Assembly (NCBI GenBank): GCA_965223905.1
Contig: CBDCXV010000009.1
Coordinates: 288,001-352,000 of the forward strand
Source of the DNA: Candidatus Latescibacterota bacterium
GTDB taxonomy: Bacteria > Latescibacterota > UBA2968 > UBA8231
Direction of reading: 5' to 3'
DNA: 64,000 bases
The position numbers were made by a program, and so were the translations under genes. The notes under the pieces were generated by a model, which saw nothing but the letters and a program-made list of their open reading frames with translations, ran no database searches and had not been told where the DNA came from. Positions 20,179 to 31,776 of this stretch are shown piece by piece. Positions within the stretch are counted from its first letter, which is position 1. Every line of letters starts with the position of its first letter.

Positions 20179-22227
20179 GCCTCTCCCCCTGACAACACTC
20201 ATGCCCCAACTCGAACATATCGACGCCATCGAGAAGCGCCTCTGGGAAGCGGCGGACACGCTGCGGGCAAACTCCCCTTACGCCAGCAACGAGTACTTCC
20301 TGCCGGTCATGGGCCTGGTGTTCCTGCGCCACGCCTACAGCCGCTACCTGGCGGTCAAGGACAAAGTCGAAGCCAGCCTGCCGACCCGGGGCGGCAGGAA
20401 ACGGGCGCCGACCAGGGATGACTATTCCCGCCAGAGCGCCATCTTCCTGCGGCCCGAGGCCCAATTCGACAACCTGGTTGGCCTGCCGGACGGCGAGGAC
20501 CGCGCCAAGGCCGTCATCGCGGCGATGGACTCCATCGAGGAGGATTACCACAGCCTGCGCGGCGCCCTTCCCAAGGCCGAGTACCAGGAGCTTGACAACG
20601 ACGTTCTCGGCCAGCTCCTGCGCACGCTCAACCCCGACGAGCTGAAGCAGGTTTCGGGCGACGTCTTCGGACGCATCTACGAGTATTTCCTGACCAAGTT
20701 TGCGGATTTGAAAGCCCACGACGACGGTGAGTTCTTCACCCCCGTGTCGCTGGTCTCGCTGATCGCCCATGTGCTCGACCCCGACCGCGGCACCGTGCTC
20801 GACCCGGCCTGCGGTTCCGGCGGCATGTTCGTCCAAAGCGCCCGCACCGTGGAGGAGCACGGCAGCAGCCCTGCCGAGCGGCTTACCTTCCGCGGACTGG
20901 AAAAGAACGCCACCACCATCCGCATCGCCCGAATGAACCTCGCCGTCCACGGCCTCGAGGGGGACATCCGGCAGGCGATCACCTACTACGAGGATCCGCA
21001 TCAAATGGTGGGAAAGGCCGACTACGTGATGGCCAATCCCCCCTTCAACGTCGACGAGATCGACGCCGACAAGGTCGAGACCGACCCGCGCCTGCCGTTC
21101 GGCCTGCCCGGAGTCAACAAGAAGGAGAAGGTCTCCAACGGGAACTACGTCTGGATCAGCTACTTCTACAGCTACCTGAACGAGAAGGGGCGGGGCGGCT
21201 TCGTCATGTCGTCGCAGGCCTCCAGCGCCGGCGGCGGCGAGGCGCAGGTGCGGCGGAAGCTGATCGAGTCCGGCGACGTCGACGTGATGATCGCGGTGCG
21301 CTCCAACTTCTTCTACACCCGCACCGTGCCCTGCGAGCTGTGGTTCCTCAATCGCGACAAGCCCGGGGAGCTCCGCGACAAGGTGCTGATGATCGACGCC
21401 CGCAATGTCTATCGGAAGGTCACCCGCAAGATCTACGACTTCACCCCCGAGCAGGAGCAGAACCTGCTGGCCATCGTCTGGCTCTACCGGGGCGAAACGG
21501 CGCGCTATCTCGACCTTGTCTCCCAGTACCTGTGGGACGTTGCCGAGAATGGAAGGGCCTGTTACGAAGGAGTGAGCGTAAACGGCAGGACCTGCCGGCC
21601 CCTGCCGGAGTTCATGGAAGCCGTCGCCGCGCTTCGGAAGGAGCTGACCCCGTTCCTGAAGACCCGGCCGAGGATCGGCCCGCACGCCGAAATCTTCGCC
21701 GAGCTGGCGCAGGAGCAGAAGCAGTTCGGAGGCATCCTCAGGAGGTTCCAGGCTCGGGCCGCCAAGGCGGAGGAACAGTGGGAGCGGACTCCCGGCAGCA
21801 GGGCCGGATTGAACAAGCTGGTAGAGCGGTTCGCACCCCTGGCTGAGAGCAGCCACGACCTTGCCGGGCAGGCCGACCAGCTCTACAAGATTGCCGCGCG
21901 TCTGATCGAGACCTGCGAGCAGGGGGAGGACGCGAAGGCGAGCGACGCCTGGAACGGCCGCGGCATTACCCGGGCCCGCAAGGCCGTCGACGATGCCCTC
22001 CGGCAGGCCATCGAGCAGCTCGAACAGGTGCGCTACTTGCACCGGCAGGCGCGCTGGCTCACGGAGCGTTTCCCCGAGGGCGAGTTGCGCGACGTGGAAG
22101 GGCTGGTCAAGCTGGTGGACCGTGCCGAGATCGAGGCCAACGACTGGAGTCTGACTCCGGGCCGCTACGTCGGGGTCGCTCCAGAGGAGGAGGACGAGGA
22201 TTTTGATTTCAAGGAGGCTTTGCGGGA

Positions 22228-23802
22228 GGGTGTCTTAGCTGATTGTTACGGTTTCGGTGGTTGTTTTTAGGTTTTCTCGGTACTGCTGAAAGACCCGGTC
22301 AAGCGTTCCATTGTACAAGGCGCAGCGCAGGGCCAGAATGGCGTTGCTGTTTTCCTTATACCACCAAGCGCCCGACCGTTTCAGACGAACGTGGCCGATG
22401 AAGCGATGCGCCGATTCGATCGCCCCCGACCCGATCGGGTATCCGCCCTTGCGATGGCTGCCGAAATCGACCTGGTGCAGTCGCTTTTGCAGGTAGGTCA
22501 AGGCCGTGCCGATGGCCTCTCCGGCCTCTTCCGAGAGCGGCTGCATGCGCTGCAGACCCCAGACCACGCCGCTGCCCTCGCCGCAGAACAGGCGCGCCAG
22601 GGTCGCTTCCAGCCAATGGGCAGCACGCGCCGCATCGGCGCCGTATTGGGCCTCGGCCACCGCGTGCAGGTAGCTGCTGCAATGGTAGTAGTCGAGGATC
22701 TGACGGGCGCTCGGGAACAGCTCTTCCACCCACTTCCAGATCCACGGAGCGCCATCTCCGATGGCACACAAGCGCACCTGATCCTCCGGGATCAGCCCCG
22801 CCTCCTTGACCTGGCGCAAGGCCGCGCCGAAGGCCTGTTCGTTGCCCATCTGGTGCCAGGAGATCAGCTGCTCGATGCGCTCATCGTCTATCAGGTAGAA
22901 GCGAAAGCCCTTGGCTTCGTGGTATTCCCCCTGCCAACGCCTTCGCCGAGCCCGGCTCTTCTTGCGTCCGGGACGGGTGCCTTTGGCGGTCTGGGGACGA
23001 CTGGGCACGTCGGCCGCGTCGATGGCCAACACCACGATCGGCCGCCACTTGCGACCGGCGGCGGCTTGCGCAATGCGATCCTGGATATCGGCCGCGTCCG
23101 GACACACCTGCAGCACGTCCAACGACCCGGTCTGTTGCAGCACCTCGTGAATCACACAATCGCTCATCGACGCGTCGGTGAGCTCGTCCAACAGTTCGGC
23201 GGCGCGCCGGTGGGGCATCTCCAGCCCCAGCTTGACCCCGGCCTGCTGCACGTCCCACTGCTTGCGCTGCGCCGACAGGCCCAGGGCCTCGTCCAGCGGA
23301 TAGAACCCGTGGTGACAGCCAACGCAGTAGAAATAGGGACGCTCCAAGGTCACCGGCCCGAGCAGCGTCTCCACCGTGCGCGAGCGAGACGGGCGCGCTC
23401 GCAGCAGGCCTTTGCACTTGGGGCAGGCCGCCTCTTCCTGGGCCAGGAAATGGCCGTGGCGGCGTTCGACGAAGGCTTCCACCAAGGCCGCGGTGAGCCC
23501 GGAGCGCTCTTGAGACATCGCCGCGGTGATCTCCAGCAACGTCGGCGCACAAGATCCGCGCGCGCTCATTTGCGTCTCCACCCGATCCAGCCATTGGTCC
23601 AAGGCTTCATGCGCCCGGCTTCGAAAGCGGTCCTGACTCTGCCGCTCCTGAAAAACTTCCAGAGAGAGAATCGCACTCATCGCTCCCCTTCTTTCTGAAA
23701 TCAGGGGAGCGCGCCGCAGGGGATGCGGAAAAAGAAAGCAACTTACTGTAAAATATACACATACGCACCTGAATTGCGCTATAACAATTACTTAAGACGC
23801 CC
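22228..23802 (-). mobile_element. ISKra4-like (IS256-related) insertion sequence, copy 1, 1575 bp
   Basis: Imperfect IRs gggtgtcttagctgattgtta / taacaattacttaagacgccc; 8-bp TSD ttgcggga; transposase 22235-23680. Confidence 0.9.
22235..23680 (-). CDS. ISKra4-family DDE transposase
   Basis: CPKC/CxxC, AIDA, GDGAPWIW, LDYYH, IGSGAIES, RLKRSGAWW. Confidence 0.88.
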   Translation of the reverse strand: MSAILSLEVFQERQSQDRFRSRAHEALDQWLDRVETQMSARGSCAPTLLEITAAMSQERSGLTAALVEAFVERRHGHFLAQEEAACPKCKGLLRARPSRSRTVETLLGPVTLERPYFYCVGCHHGFYPLDEALGLSAQRKQWDVQQAGVKLGLEMPHRRAAELLDELTDASMSDCVIHEVLQQTGSLDVLQVCPDAADIQDRIAQAAAGRKWRPIVVLAIDAADVPSRPQTAKGTRPGRKKSRARRRRWQGEYHEAKGFRFYLIDDERIEQLISWHQMGNEQAFGAALRQVKEAGLIPEDQVRLCAIGDGAPWIWKWVEELFPSARQILDYYHCSSYLHAVAEAQYGADAARAAHWLEATLARLFCGEGSGVVWGLQRMQPLSEEAGEAIGTALTYLQKRLHQVDFGSHRKGGYPIGSGAIESAHRFIGHVRLKRSGAWWYKENSNAILALRCALYNGTLDRVFQQYRENLKTTTETVTIS

Positions 23803-24052
23803 TTGCGGGAGATCCACCTTGAGCTGGAAGACCTCAATGCCGAGGCAGTGGTGCTGGCGGAGAAGATCAGGAAGAACTTCGAGGAGCTGGGGGTATGAAG
23901 AAGCGAACCAACCTGTGGTCAGGCGGTTCTGGGGAGATCTTCCCGGCAATGCCCACAATAATGACCAAGCCGTCATTTAAGGTTGCTTGCACAAATCCTT
24001 TGATTGTTTGATGATGGGCAATACCAGGTAGCCTTTGGGGAGTCGAGGAGGA

Positions 24053-25270
24053 ATGAGTTGGCACGAAATCAGGCTTGGTGATGCAATCAAGGTGAAGCAC
24101 GGTTTTGCATTCAAGAGTCAGTATTTCTCTGATACCGGGGAATTCGTTGTCCTAACTCCCGGCAACTTCAACGAAGCGGGTGGATTCCGTGTGCGAGCTG
24201 GTAAGGATCGATTCTATGTGGGGGATATTCCGGAGGGGTATGTGTTGAAGGAAGGAGACCTCATCGTCGCAATGACGGAACAGGGCCCTGGTCTTCTTGG
24301 AAGTTCTGCCTTGGTTCCGGAAAGTGGGAAATACCTCCACAACCAACGTCTGGGCTTAATCCAGAATACAAAAAGCAGGATCCTGGACAAAAACTTTCTC
24401 TACTACCTCTTCAACACCAGAGAAGTTCGTGGGCAAATCAGCGCTAGCGCAAGCGGTACGAAAGTTAGACATACGGCTCCGGAACGAATTTACCGGGTCA
24501 AGATTATTGTTCCAGGTATCAAGAAGCAGCGGCGAATCGTTTCTATCCTTTCCTCCTACGACGATTTGATCGAAATCAATCGGCGCCGGATTCAGCTGTT
24601 GAAGAAGGCGGCGCGGTTGCTCTACAAGGAGTGGTTTATCCACCTTCGCTTCCCCGGACATGAGTATGTCCAGGTCAAGGACGGGGTGCATAAGGGCTGG
24701 GAGAGGAAGAGTGCCCTTGATGTGATGGATGTCATGAGTGGGGGAACCCCTAAGGTGGGTGTGCCGGATTATTGGGGTGGTGAGATTCCCTTCTTTACGT
24801 CAAAGGATACCACAGATTACCCATACGTTTTCGGAACAGAAAGAACGATTACGGAAGAGGGGTTACGTAATTGTAACAGTAGGCTTTATCCAAAGGACAC
24901 CATTTTTATTACCGCACGAGGAACAGTTGGAAAAATTAACCTCGCCCAGACAAATATGGCAATGAATCAATCATGCTATGCTCTGGTGGCCAAGCCACCG
25001 CTGGATCAGGAATTCCTGTACTTCGCACTAGAGGAAAACATCGACCAATTTCGTAGCCGTGCAGTAGGCGCGATTTTCGATGCGATCATACGAGACACTT
25101 TTAAGCTGATTCCATTTTTAGTTCCTGATAGTAGATCAATAAAAAGATTCGGAGGCGTCATATCGCCGACTTTAAAGCAAATCGACATCCTTTCTACTCA
25201 ATTAAGGAAGCTAGTCAAAGCTCGATCTATCATCTTGCCACGGCTAATTTGTGGAAAGATGGAGACATGA
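24053..25270 (+). CDS. hsdS: Type I R-M specificity subunit HsdS
   Basis: Two TRDs with conserved spacer QRRIVSILSSYDDLIEIN...LYKEWF and C-terminal ILPRLICG; GAGGAGG RBS. Confidence 0.92.
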   Translation: MSWHEIRLGDAIKVKHGFAFKSQYFSDTGEFVVLTPGNFNEAGGFRVRAGKDRFYVGDIPEGYVLKEGDLIVAMTEQGPGLLGSSALVPESGKYLHNQRLGLIQNTKSRILDKNFLYYLFNTREVRGQISASASGTKVRHTAPERIYRVKIIVPGIKKQRRIVSILSSYDDLIEINRRRIQLLKKAARLLYKEWFIHLRFPGHEYVQVKDGVHKGWERKSALDVMDVMSGGTPKVGVPDYWGGEIPFFTSKDTTDYPYVFGTERTITEEGLRNCNSRLYPKDTIFITARGTVGKINLAQTNMAMNQSCYALVAKPPLDQEFLYFALEENIDQFRSRAVGAIFDAIIRDTFKLIPFLVPDSRSIKRFGGVISPTLKQIDILSTQLRKLVKARSIILPRLICGKMET

Positions 25271-25383
25271 AGCAGGGGTACCTTTTCATCCTTTTTGCCC
25301 GCTGAATAAATAATTGCCAATCCCTGTTCCGTGGTAGGGCTGCTCAAACAGTTTTCCACCCTAATAAAGAAATCTGGAAGAAT

Positions 25384-28300
25384 ATGAGTATCAAACACAT
25401 TTTCATTTCACATGCTGCGGAGGATGGGGAAATTGCTACTGAGTTAGAAGAACATCTGCGTAATGCCGGCCATGAGACCAAGATCGACACCCAGGTACTT
25501 AGTCTTGGAGACAATGCCATTTCCTTTATGAATGATGGAATCGCGGATGCGGCTGCAGTCATTATTCTCTTCTCAGAGCATACCCCTAATGCGAAGTGGC
25601 AGAACCTCGAAATCGATGCCGCAGTTTGGAACCAAGTCGCTCAGTCTGGGGGGAGATGTATTGTCGTCCGCCTGGACGATACCCCGATACCACCTTTGCT
25701 TGGTCCAAAGGTGTATGGAATGCTAGAGAAAGGAGATCAAGAATCTCTAAGAAGGTTAGTGGAAGACATTTGCGGCGAACTATTTAGCGAACAGACAACC
25801 TCGTCGTTGGTTGCCGAGGCTTTCACACCCAACTCACAAAATCCCTTTCGACACCTTAGAGCCGAATTTTTCGAGAACCAGCCAGAGCTTCACGCAAAGA
25901 CATTCGCGCTACCAGAGGCCATAAAAGTGGGAGCGCTCGAGGATATGAAACCGTGCATTCTAGAAGGATCGAGAGGAACGGGTAAATCGATGCTATTGCT
26001 GTCGTTAAGGGCGCGCAATTTTTTACAACGGAGTCCCAGTGAAAGAAGTGCCCCCCAACGCTTCGGTTTTTACTTGAAACTTACCCGCGGGGCGATCTGT
26101 AATGCAGGGGTCCGTTTCGAGGATGATCACCTAAATTCAACAATTAACACCGACGTTCTCGTAGACGTGGGTGCCCAAGAATTGTATCTACAGATAATGG
26201 AGAGTTTGTTATCCGAACTGGTATATTGCGTCGAACACAATTTGGTCAATCGCGACGGACTTGTTGAACGGAATTTCTGCGAAGCAGCCGACGAACTGCT
26301 GTTCGAATCTAAGGGAGAAAAGCCTATTTCCTTCGTCGAATTGCAAGTCAAACTCTCCGATATGCACAAACGGCTGGCTAATTTTATCCGCCGTAAGTTC
26401 ATTTATGAGGAATCCGTCTCGGTACCGATAGCTACTCTGGACTTGGAACAACTGAAACGTATCATAGCTTTATTACGACACCACACCCCATCCCTTGAAG
26501 AGTCGATTTTTGTTGTATTGCTTGATGAGTATGAGAACCTTTTCCCATATCAGAGACGGATAGTAAATAGCCTGGTCAAACTAGGTCCTCCACATATTTC
26601 AATCAAAATTGCAAAGAAGCTTGCAAGCGGAGATATCCCAGGAACCACGACTGGGCAAGAATTACAAGAGATACACGACTATACGAGAGTACCATTGGTG
26701 TACAACCTTGAAGACACAGCGGAAAGAAAGGCCTACCATGAACTACTGCGCCACATCGTAACAAACATGGCTATGCTTGAAAGTTCCCTCTCCGTTGATG
26801 TGGATAAACTTCTCCCTCACTTTTGCGATTCCGAAGTCGATGAGTCCTTATGGATAGAAGAACTGGTTAGACTCCAAAAGATCAGCCTCGATGAATTTGA
26901 GAATTTGCCAACTAAGGAGCAGCGGGAAAAGAGAACCTACTATGGTGAAGCAGCGACGTATCGGGTCCTTCTTGGAAGGCGTGGCCGGCATGCTGAGAAG
27001 CGGTTTGCCGGGTTCAAAGAGCTCGCGCTTTTAGGATCTGGAGTTATCCGCTATTTTCAAGAATTTCTGAGTGTTGGCTACCATCTTACCTTCGGGGGCA
27101 ATTCACCGCCCAAGGGAATTCTAACAATTCCACCAGACCAACAATCCAGGGCTGTCCATATCGTCTCTCAGCATAACCTTACGACGCTCAGCAAAAATGT
27201 AGAGCGTCACGGTGAGGAGCTGCGGTATTTCCTCCTGGACCTCGGTGATTGTTTAAGGCACAAATTGCTCAAGCACACAAGCGAACCGGAGGCTGCTCGA
27301 CTGACGATAGAGGATCCTGAGATGTTGGAAAAAACCACCATGGAAACGTTGAAACATATCCTTGCGGTTGGGGAAGGAGAGGGGGTGTTTCAAACCAAGG
27401 AGGGGCTTCCTGCATTCAAGCCTAAGCACGGGTCCGATCCTCAACCCACAGAATTCAATATTTGTCGAGTTTATGCCCCTGTCCTCCAAATCAGCCCACG
27501 ACTTCGCTGGAGAACGAACGTGAAGTGCAGGCACTTACAGCGTTTCCTTGAACCTGGAAAGGGGTGTCTTAGCTGATTGTTACGGTTTCGGTGGTTGTTT
27601 TTAGGTTTTCTCGGTACTGCTGAAAGACCCGGTCAAGCGTTCCATTGTACAAGGCGCAGCGCAGGGCCAGAATGGCGTTGCTGTTTTCCTTATACCACCA
27701 AGCGCCCGACCGTTTCAGACGAACGTGGCCGATGAAGCGATGCGCCGATTCGATCGCCCCCGACCCGATCGGGTATCCGCCCTTGCGATGGCTGCCGAAA
27801 TCGACCTGGTGCAGTCGCTTTTGCAGGTAGGTCAAGGCCGTGCCGATGGCCTCTCCGGCCTCTTCCGAGAGCGGCTGCATGCGCTGCAGACCCCAGACCA
27901 CGCCGCTGCCCTCGCCGCAGAACAGGCGCGCCAGGGTCGCTTCCAGCCAATGGGCAGCACGCGCCGCATCGGCGCCGTATTGGGCCTCGGCCACCGCGTG
28001 CAGGTAGCTGCTGCAATGGTAGTAGTCGAGGATCTGACGGGCGCTCGGGAACAGCTCTTCCACCCACTTCCAGATCCACGGAGCGCCATCTCCGATGGCA
28101 CACAAGCGCACCTGATCCTCCGGGATCAGCCCCGCCTCCTTGACCTGGCGCAAGGCCGCGCCGAAGGCCTGTTCGTTGCCCATCTGGTGCCAGGAGATCA
28201 GCTGCTCGATGCGCTCATCGTCTATCAGGTAGAAGCGAAAGCCCTTGGCTTCGTGGTATTCCCCCTGCCAACGCCTTCGCCGAGCCCGGCTCTTCTTGCG

Positions 28301-29246
28301 TCCGGGACGGGTGCCTTTGGCGGTCTGGGGACGACTGGGCACGTCGGCCGCGTCGATGGCCAACACCACGATCGGCCGCCACTTGCGACCGGCGGCGGCT
28401 TGCGCAATGCGATCCTGGATATCGGCCGCGTCCGGACACACCTGCAGCACGTCCAACGACCCGGTCTGTTGCAGCACCTCGTGAATCACACAATCGCTCA
28501 TCGACGCGTCGGTGAGCTCGTCCAACAGTTCGGCGGCGCGCCGGTGGGGCATCTCCAGCCCCAGCTTGACCCCGGCCTGCTGCACGTCCCACTGCTTGCG
28601 CTGCGCCGACAGGCCCAGGGCCTCGTCCAGCGGATAGAACCCGTGGTGACAGCCAACGCAGTAGAAATAGGGACGCTCCAAGGTCACCGGCCCGAGCAGC
28701 GTCTCCACCGTGCGCGAGCAAGACGGGCGCGCTCGCAGCAGGCCTTTGCACTTGGGGCAGGCCGCCTCTTCCTGGGCCAGGAAATGGCCGTGGCGGCGTT
28801 CGACGAAGGCTTCCACCAAGGCCGCGGTGAGCCCGGAGCGCTCTTGAGACATCGCCGCGGTGATCTCCAGCAACGTCGGCGCACAAGATCCGCGCGCGCT
28901 CATTTGCGTCTCCACCCGATCCAGCCATTGGTCCAAGGCTTCATGCGCCCGGCTTCGAAAGCGGTCCTGACTCTGCCGCTCCTGAAAAACTTCCAGAGAG
29001 AGAATCGCACTCATCGCTCCCCTTCTTTCTGAAATCAGGGGAGCGCGCCGCAGGGGATGCGGAAAAAGAAAGCAACTTACTGTAAAATATACACATACGC
29101 ACCTGAATTGCGCTATAACAATTACTTAAGACGCCCCTGGAAAGAGGGCTCAAGCGATTCGAGAATTAAAGAACACTGTAGCGAAGCCCGCAAAAGACCC
29201 AGCCACACAAGAGAGTTTGGTCCTTCAACCGGGAAGACAAAAGTGA
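25384..29246 (+). pseudogene. TIR domain + ORC/CDC6-like P-loop ATPase, IS-interrupted (reconstructed ~759 aa)
   Basis: IFISHA...KWQNLEI TIR with catalytic-position Glu; Walker A GSRGTGKS, Walker B LLDEYENL; frame resumes after the IS as RAQAIRELK...GRQK-stop at 29246. Confidence 0.85.
27562..29136 (-). mobile_element. ISKra4-like IS, copy 2 (transposase 27569-29014)
   Basis: Same IRs, 1575 bp, TSD ctggaaag; one R-to-C SNP versus copies 1 and 3. Confidence 0.9.
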
Positions 29247-31776
29247 AACGGCTGCTAACCCAAGGAATTTTGCCTGATGGGGCAGTCCTAATTACATGTT
29301 CAAGCCACGAGGCCAGATGCAAAGGCCTACTTATTTCTACCCAGGGTTGGTTGCCGAGTGAAGTGAATCTCTTTCACTACGATGACGATAATCCCATCCG
29401 TGAAAAGAACCATAGCCATATGGAATCAGAGTTTCGGAAAATCGCTTCCCGGGTGACGACCCTTCAATTTACCGAAGCCGACGCAGTCAGTAGTTTGCGC
29501 GACAATATGGAAAATCTTCAGCACTCTATATACCGCTCCGACACCAAGGCTATCGTAATAGATATATCCGTTTTCACAAAAAGGCATTTGCTCATGATGT
29601 TGAGATGGCTTGATGACTATGATCTCTGGAATCCACTATATGTCGTGTATAGTGAACCAAGTGAATATTTGATTTCTGAGCACATTCCCCTCTCATTTGG
29701 ACTCGCTTCCCTTCAACAAACTCCCGGTTTTTCCGCCTGTCCAGATCTCAGTAGACCCGTGCACCTAATAATGTTTTTGGGGTATGAAGGCGATAGGGCC
29801 ATGGCGGTCTATGAACATATCCAACCAATGAAAACCACCTTGGCCGTTCCCCACCCCCCATATCGATCAGAATGGGCGGGAAGGACAGAGCAATTTAATA
29901 GAGATCTTCTGTCTTTGGTTGGAGAACAAGCCGTGCTCAAAATCGATGCACTCGATCCAGACGCCACAGACGAGACTCTCACAAATGTCCTGGGAAGTTC
30001 TGCAAGAGGCGATTTTGCGCGCATTGTCTCCCCCCTTGGAACCAAACCACAGACCCTCGGTGTCTATAACTACGTTAGGAAGGCAGAGGATCCACCAGCA
30101 ATTGTTTATGCCAGTCCGCAGCGACACAATCACGCCTTTTATTCTAGAGGATTCGGTAAGACGGGTGTCTTAGCTGATTGTTACGGTTTCGGTGGTTGTT
30201 TTCAGGTTTTCTCGGTACTGCTGAAAGACCCGGTCAAGCGTTCCATTGTACAAGGCGCAGCGCAGGGCCAGAATGGCGTTGCTGTTTTCCTTATACCACC
30301 AAGCGCCCGACCGTTTCAGACGAACGTGGCCGATGAAGCGATGCGCCGATTCGATCGCCCCCGACCCGATCGGGTATCCGCCCTTGCGATGGCTGCCGAA
30401 ATCGACCTGGTGCAGTCGCTTTTGCAGGTAGGTCAAGGCCGTGCCGATGGCCTCTCCGGCCTCTTCCGAGAGCGGCTGCATGCGCTGCAGACCCCAGACC
30501 ACGCCGCTGCCCTCGCCGCAGAACAGGCGCGCCAGGGTCGCTTCCAGCCAATGGGCAGCACGCGCCGCATCGGCGCCGTATTGGGCCTCGGCCACCGCGT
30601 GCAGGTAGCTGCTGCAATGGTAGTAGTCGAGGATCTGACGGGCGCTCGGGAACAGCTCTTCCACCCACTTCCAGATCCACGGAGCGCCATCTCCGATGGC
30701 ACACAAGCGCACCTGATCCTCCGGGATCAGCCCCGCCTCCTTGACCTGGCGCAAGGCCGCGCCGAAGGCCTGTTCGTTGCCCATCTGGTGCCAGGAGATC
30801 AGCTGCTCGATGCGCTCATCGTCTATCAGGTAGAAGCGAAAGCCCTTGGCTTCGTGGTATTCCCCCTGCCAACGCCTTCGCCGAGCCCGGCTCTTCTTGC
30901 GTCCGGGACGGGTGCCTTTGGCGGTCTGGGGACGACTGGGCACGTCGGCCGCGTCGATGGCCAACACCACGATCGGCCGCCACTTGCGACCGGCGGCGGC
31001 TTGCGCAATGCGATCCTGGATATCGGCCGCGTCCGGACACACCTGCAGCACGTCCAACGACCCGGTCTGTTGCAGCACCTCGTGAATCACACAATCGCTC
31101 ATCGACGCGTCGGTGAGCTCGTCCAACAGTTCGGCGGCGCGCCGGTGGGGCATCTCCAGCCCCAGCTTGACCCCGGCCTGCTGCACGTCCCACTGCTTGC
31201 GCTGCGCCGACAGGCCCAGGGCCTCGTCCAGCGGATAGAACCCGTGGTGACAGCCAACGCAGTAGAAATAGGGACGCTCCAAGGTCACCGGCCCGAGCAG
31301 CGTCTCCACCGTGCGCGAGCGAGACGGGCGCGCTCGCAGCAGGCCTTTGCACTTGGGGCAGGCCGCCTCTTCCTGGGCCAGGAAATGGCCGTGGCGGCGT
31401 TCGACGAAGGCTTCCACCAAGGCCGCGGTGAGCCCGGAGCGCTCTTGAGACATCGCCGCGGTGATCTCCAGCAACGTCGGCGCACAAGATCCGCGCGCGC
31501 TCATTTGCGTCTCCACCCGATCCAGCCATTGGTCCAAGGCTTCATGCGCCCGGCTTCGAAAGCGGTCCTGACTCTGCCGCTCCTGAAAAACTTCCAGAGA
31601 GAGAATCGCACTCATCGCTCCCCTTCTTTCTGAAATCAGGGGAGCGCGCCGCAGGGGATGCGGAAAAAGAAAGCAACTTACTGTAAAATATACACATACG
31701 CACCTGAATTGCGCTATAACAATTACTTAAGACGCCCGGTAAGACCTGGGTGCTAAAGAAGGCCGAAGAAAAATGA
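29243..31776 (+). pseudogene. Uncharacterised ~316-aa protein with two Rossmann/CARF-like halves, IS-interrupted
   Basis: GTGA-coupled to the upstream gene; motifs IDISVFTK and SPLGTKPQ; resumes after the IS as WVLKKAEEK-stop overlapping the next ATG. Confidence 0.7.
30163..31737 (-). mobile_element. ISKra4-like IS, copy 3 (transposase 30170-31615)
   Basis: Same IRs, 1575 bp, TSD ggtaagac; one synonymous SNP near the transposase end. Confidence 0.9.

Larger units (their letters stand above)
20201..23898 (+). pseudogene. hsdM: Type I R-M methyltransferase HsdM, interrupted by IS near its 3' end (reconstructed ~704 aa)
   Basis: EFFTP, DPACGSGG, NPPF, LTPGRYV; removing the IS and one TSD restores ...EALREIHLELEDLNAEAVVLAEKIRKNFEELGV-stop. 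Confidence 0.92.

Noticed and set aside
23895-24052. Small ORF between hsdM and hsdS
   Set aside because: Short and without recognisable motifs; at most an eroded cassette remnant
29057-31633. 858-aa ORF as a genuine protein
   Set aside because: Chimera of the IS copy 2 end, the real gene starting at 29243 and the antisense frame of IS copy 3
22228-31737. Three IS copies as an assembly artefact or composite transposon
   Set aside because: Each copy has its own matching 8-bp TSD, and the copies differ by SNPs, showing independent insertions
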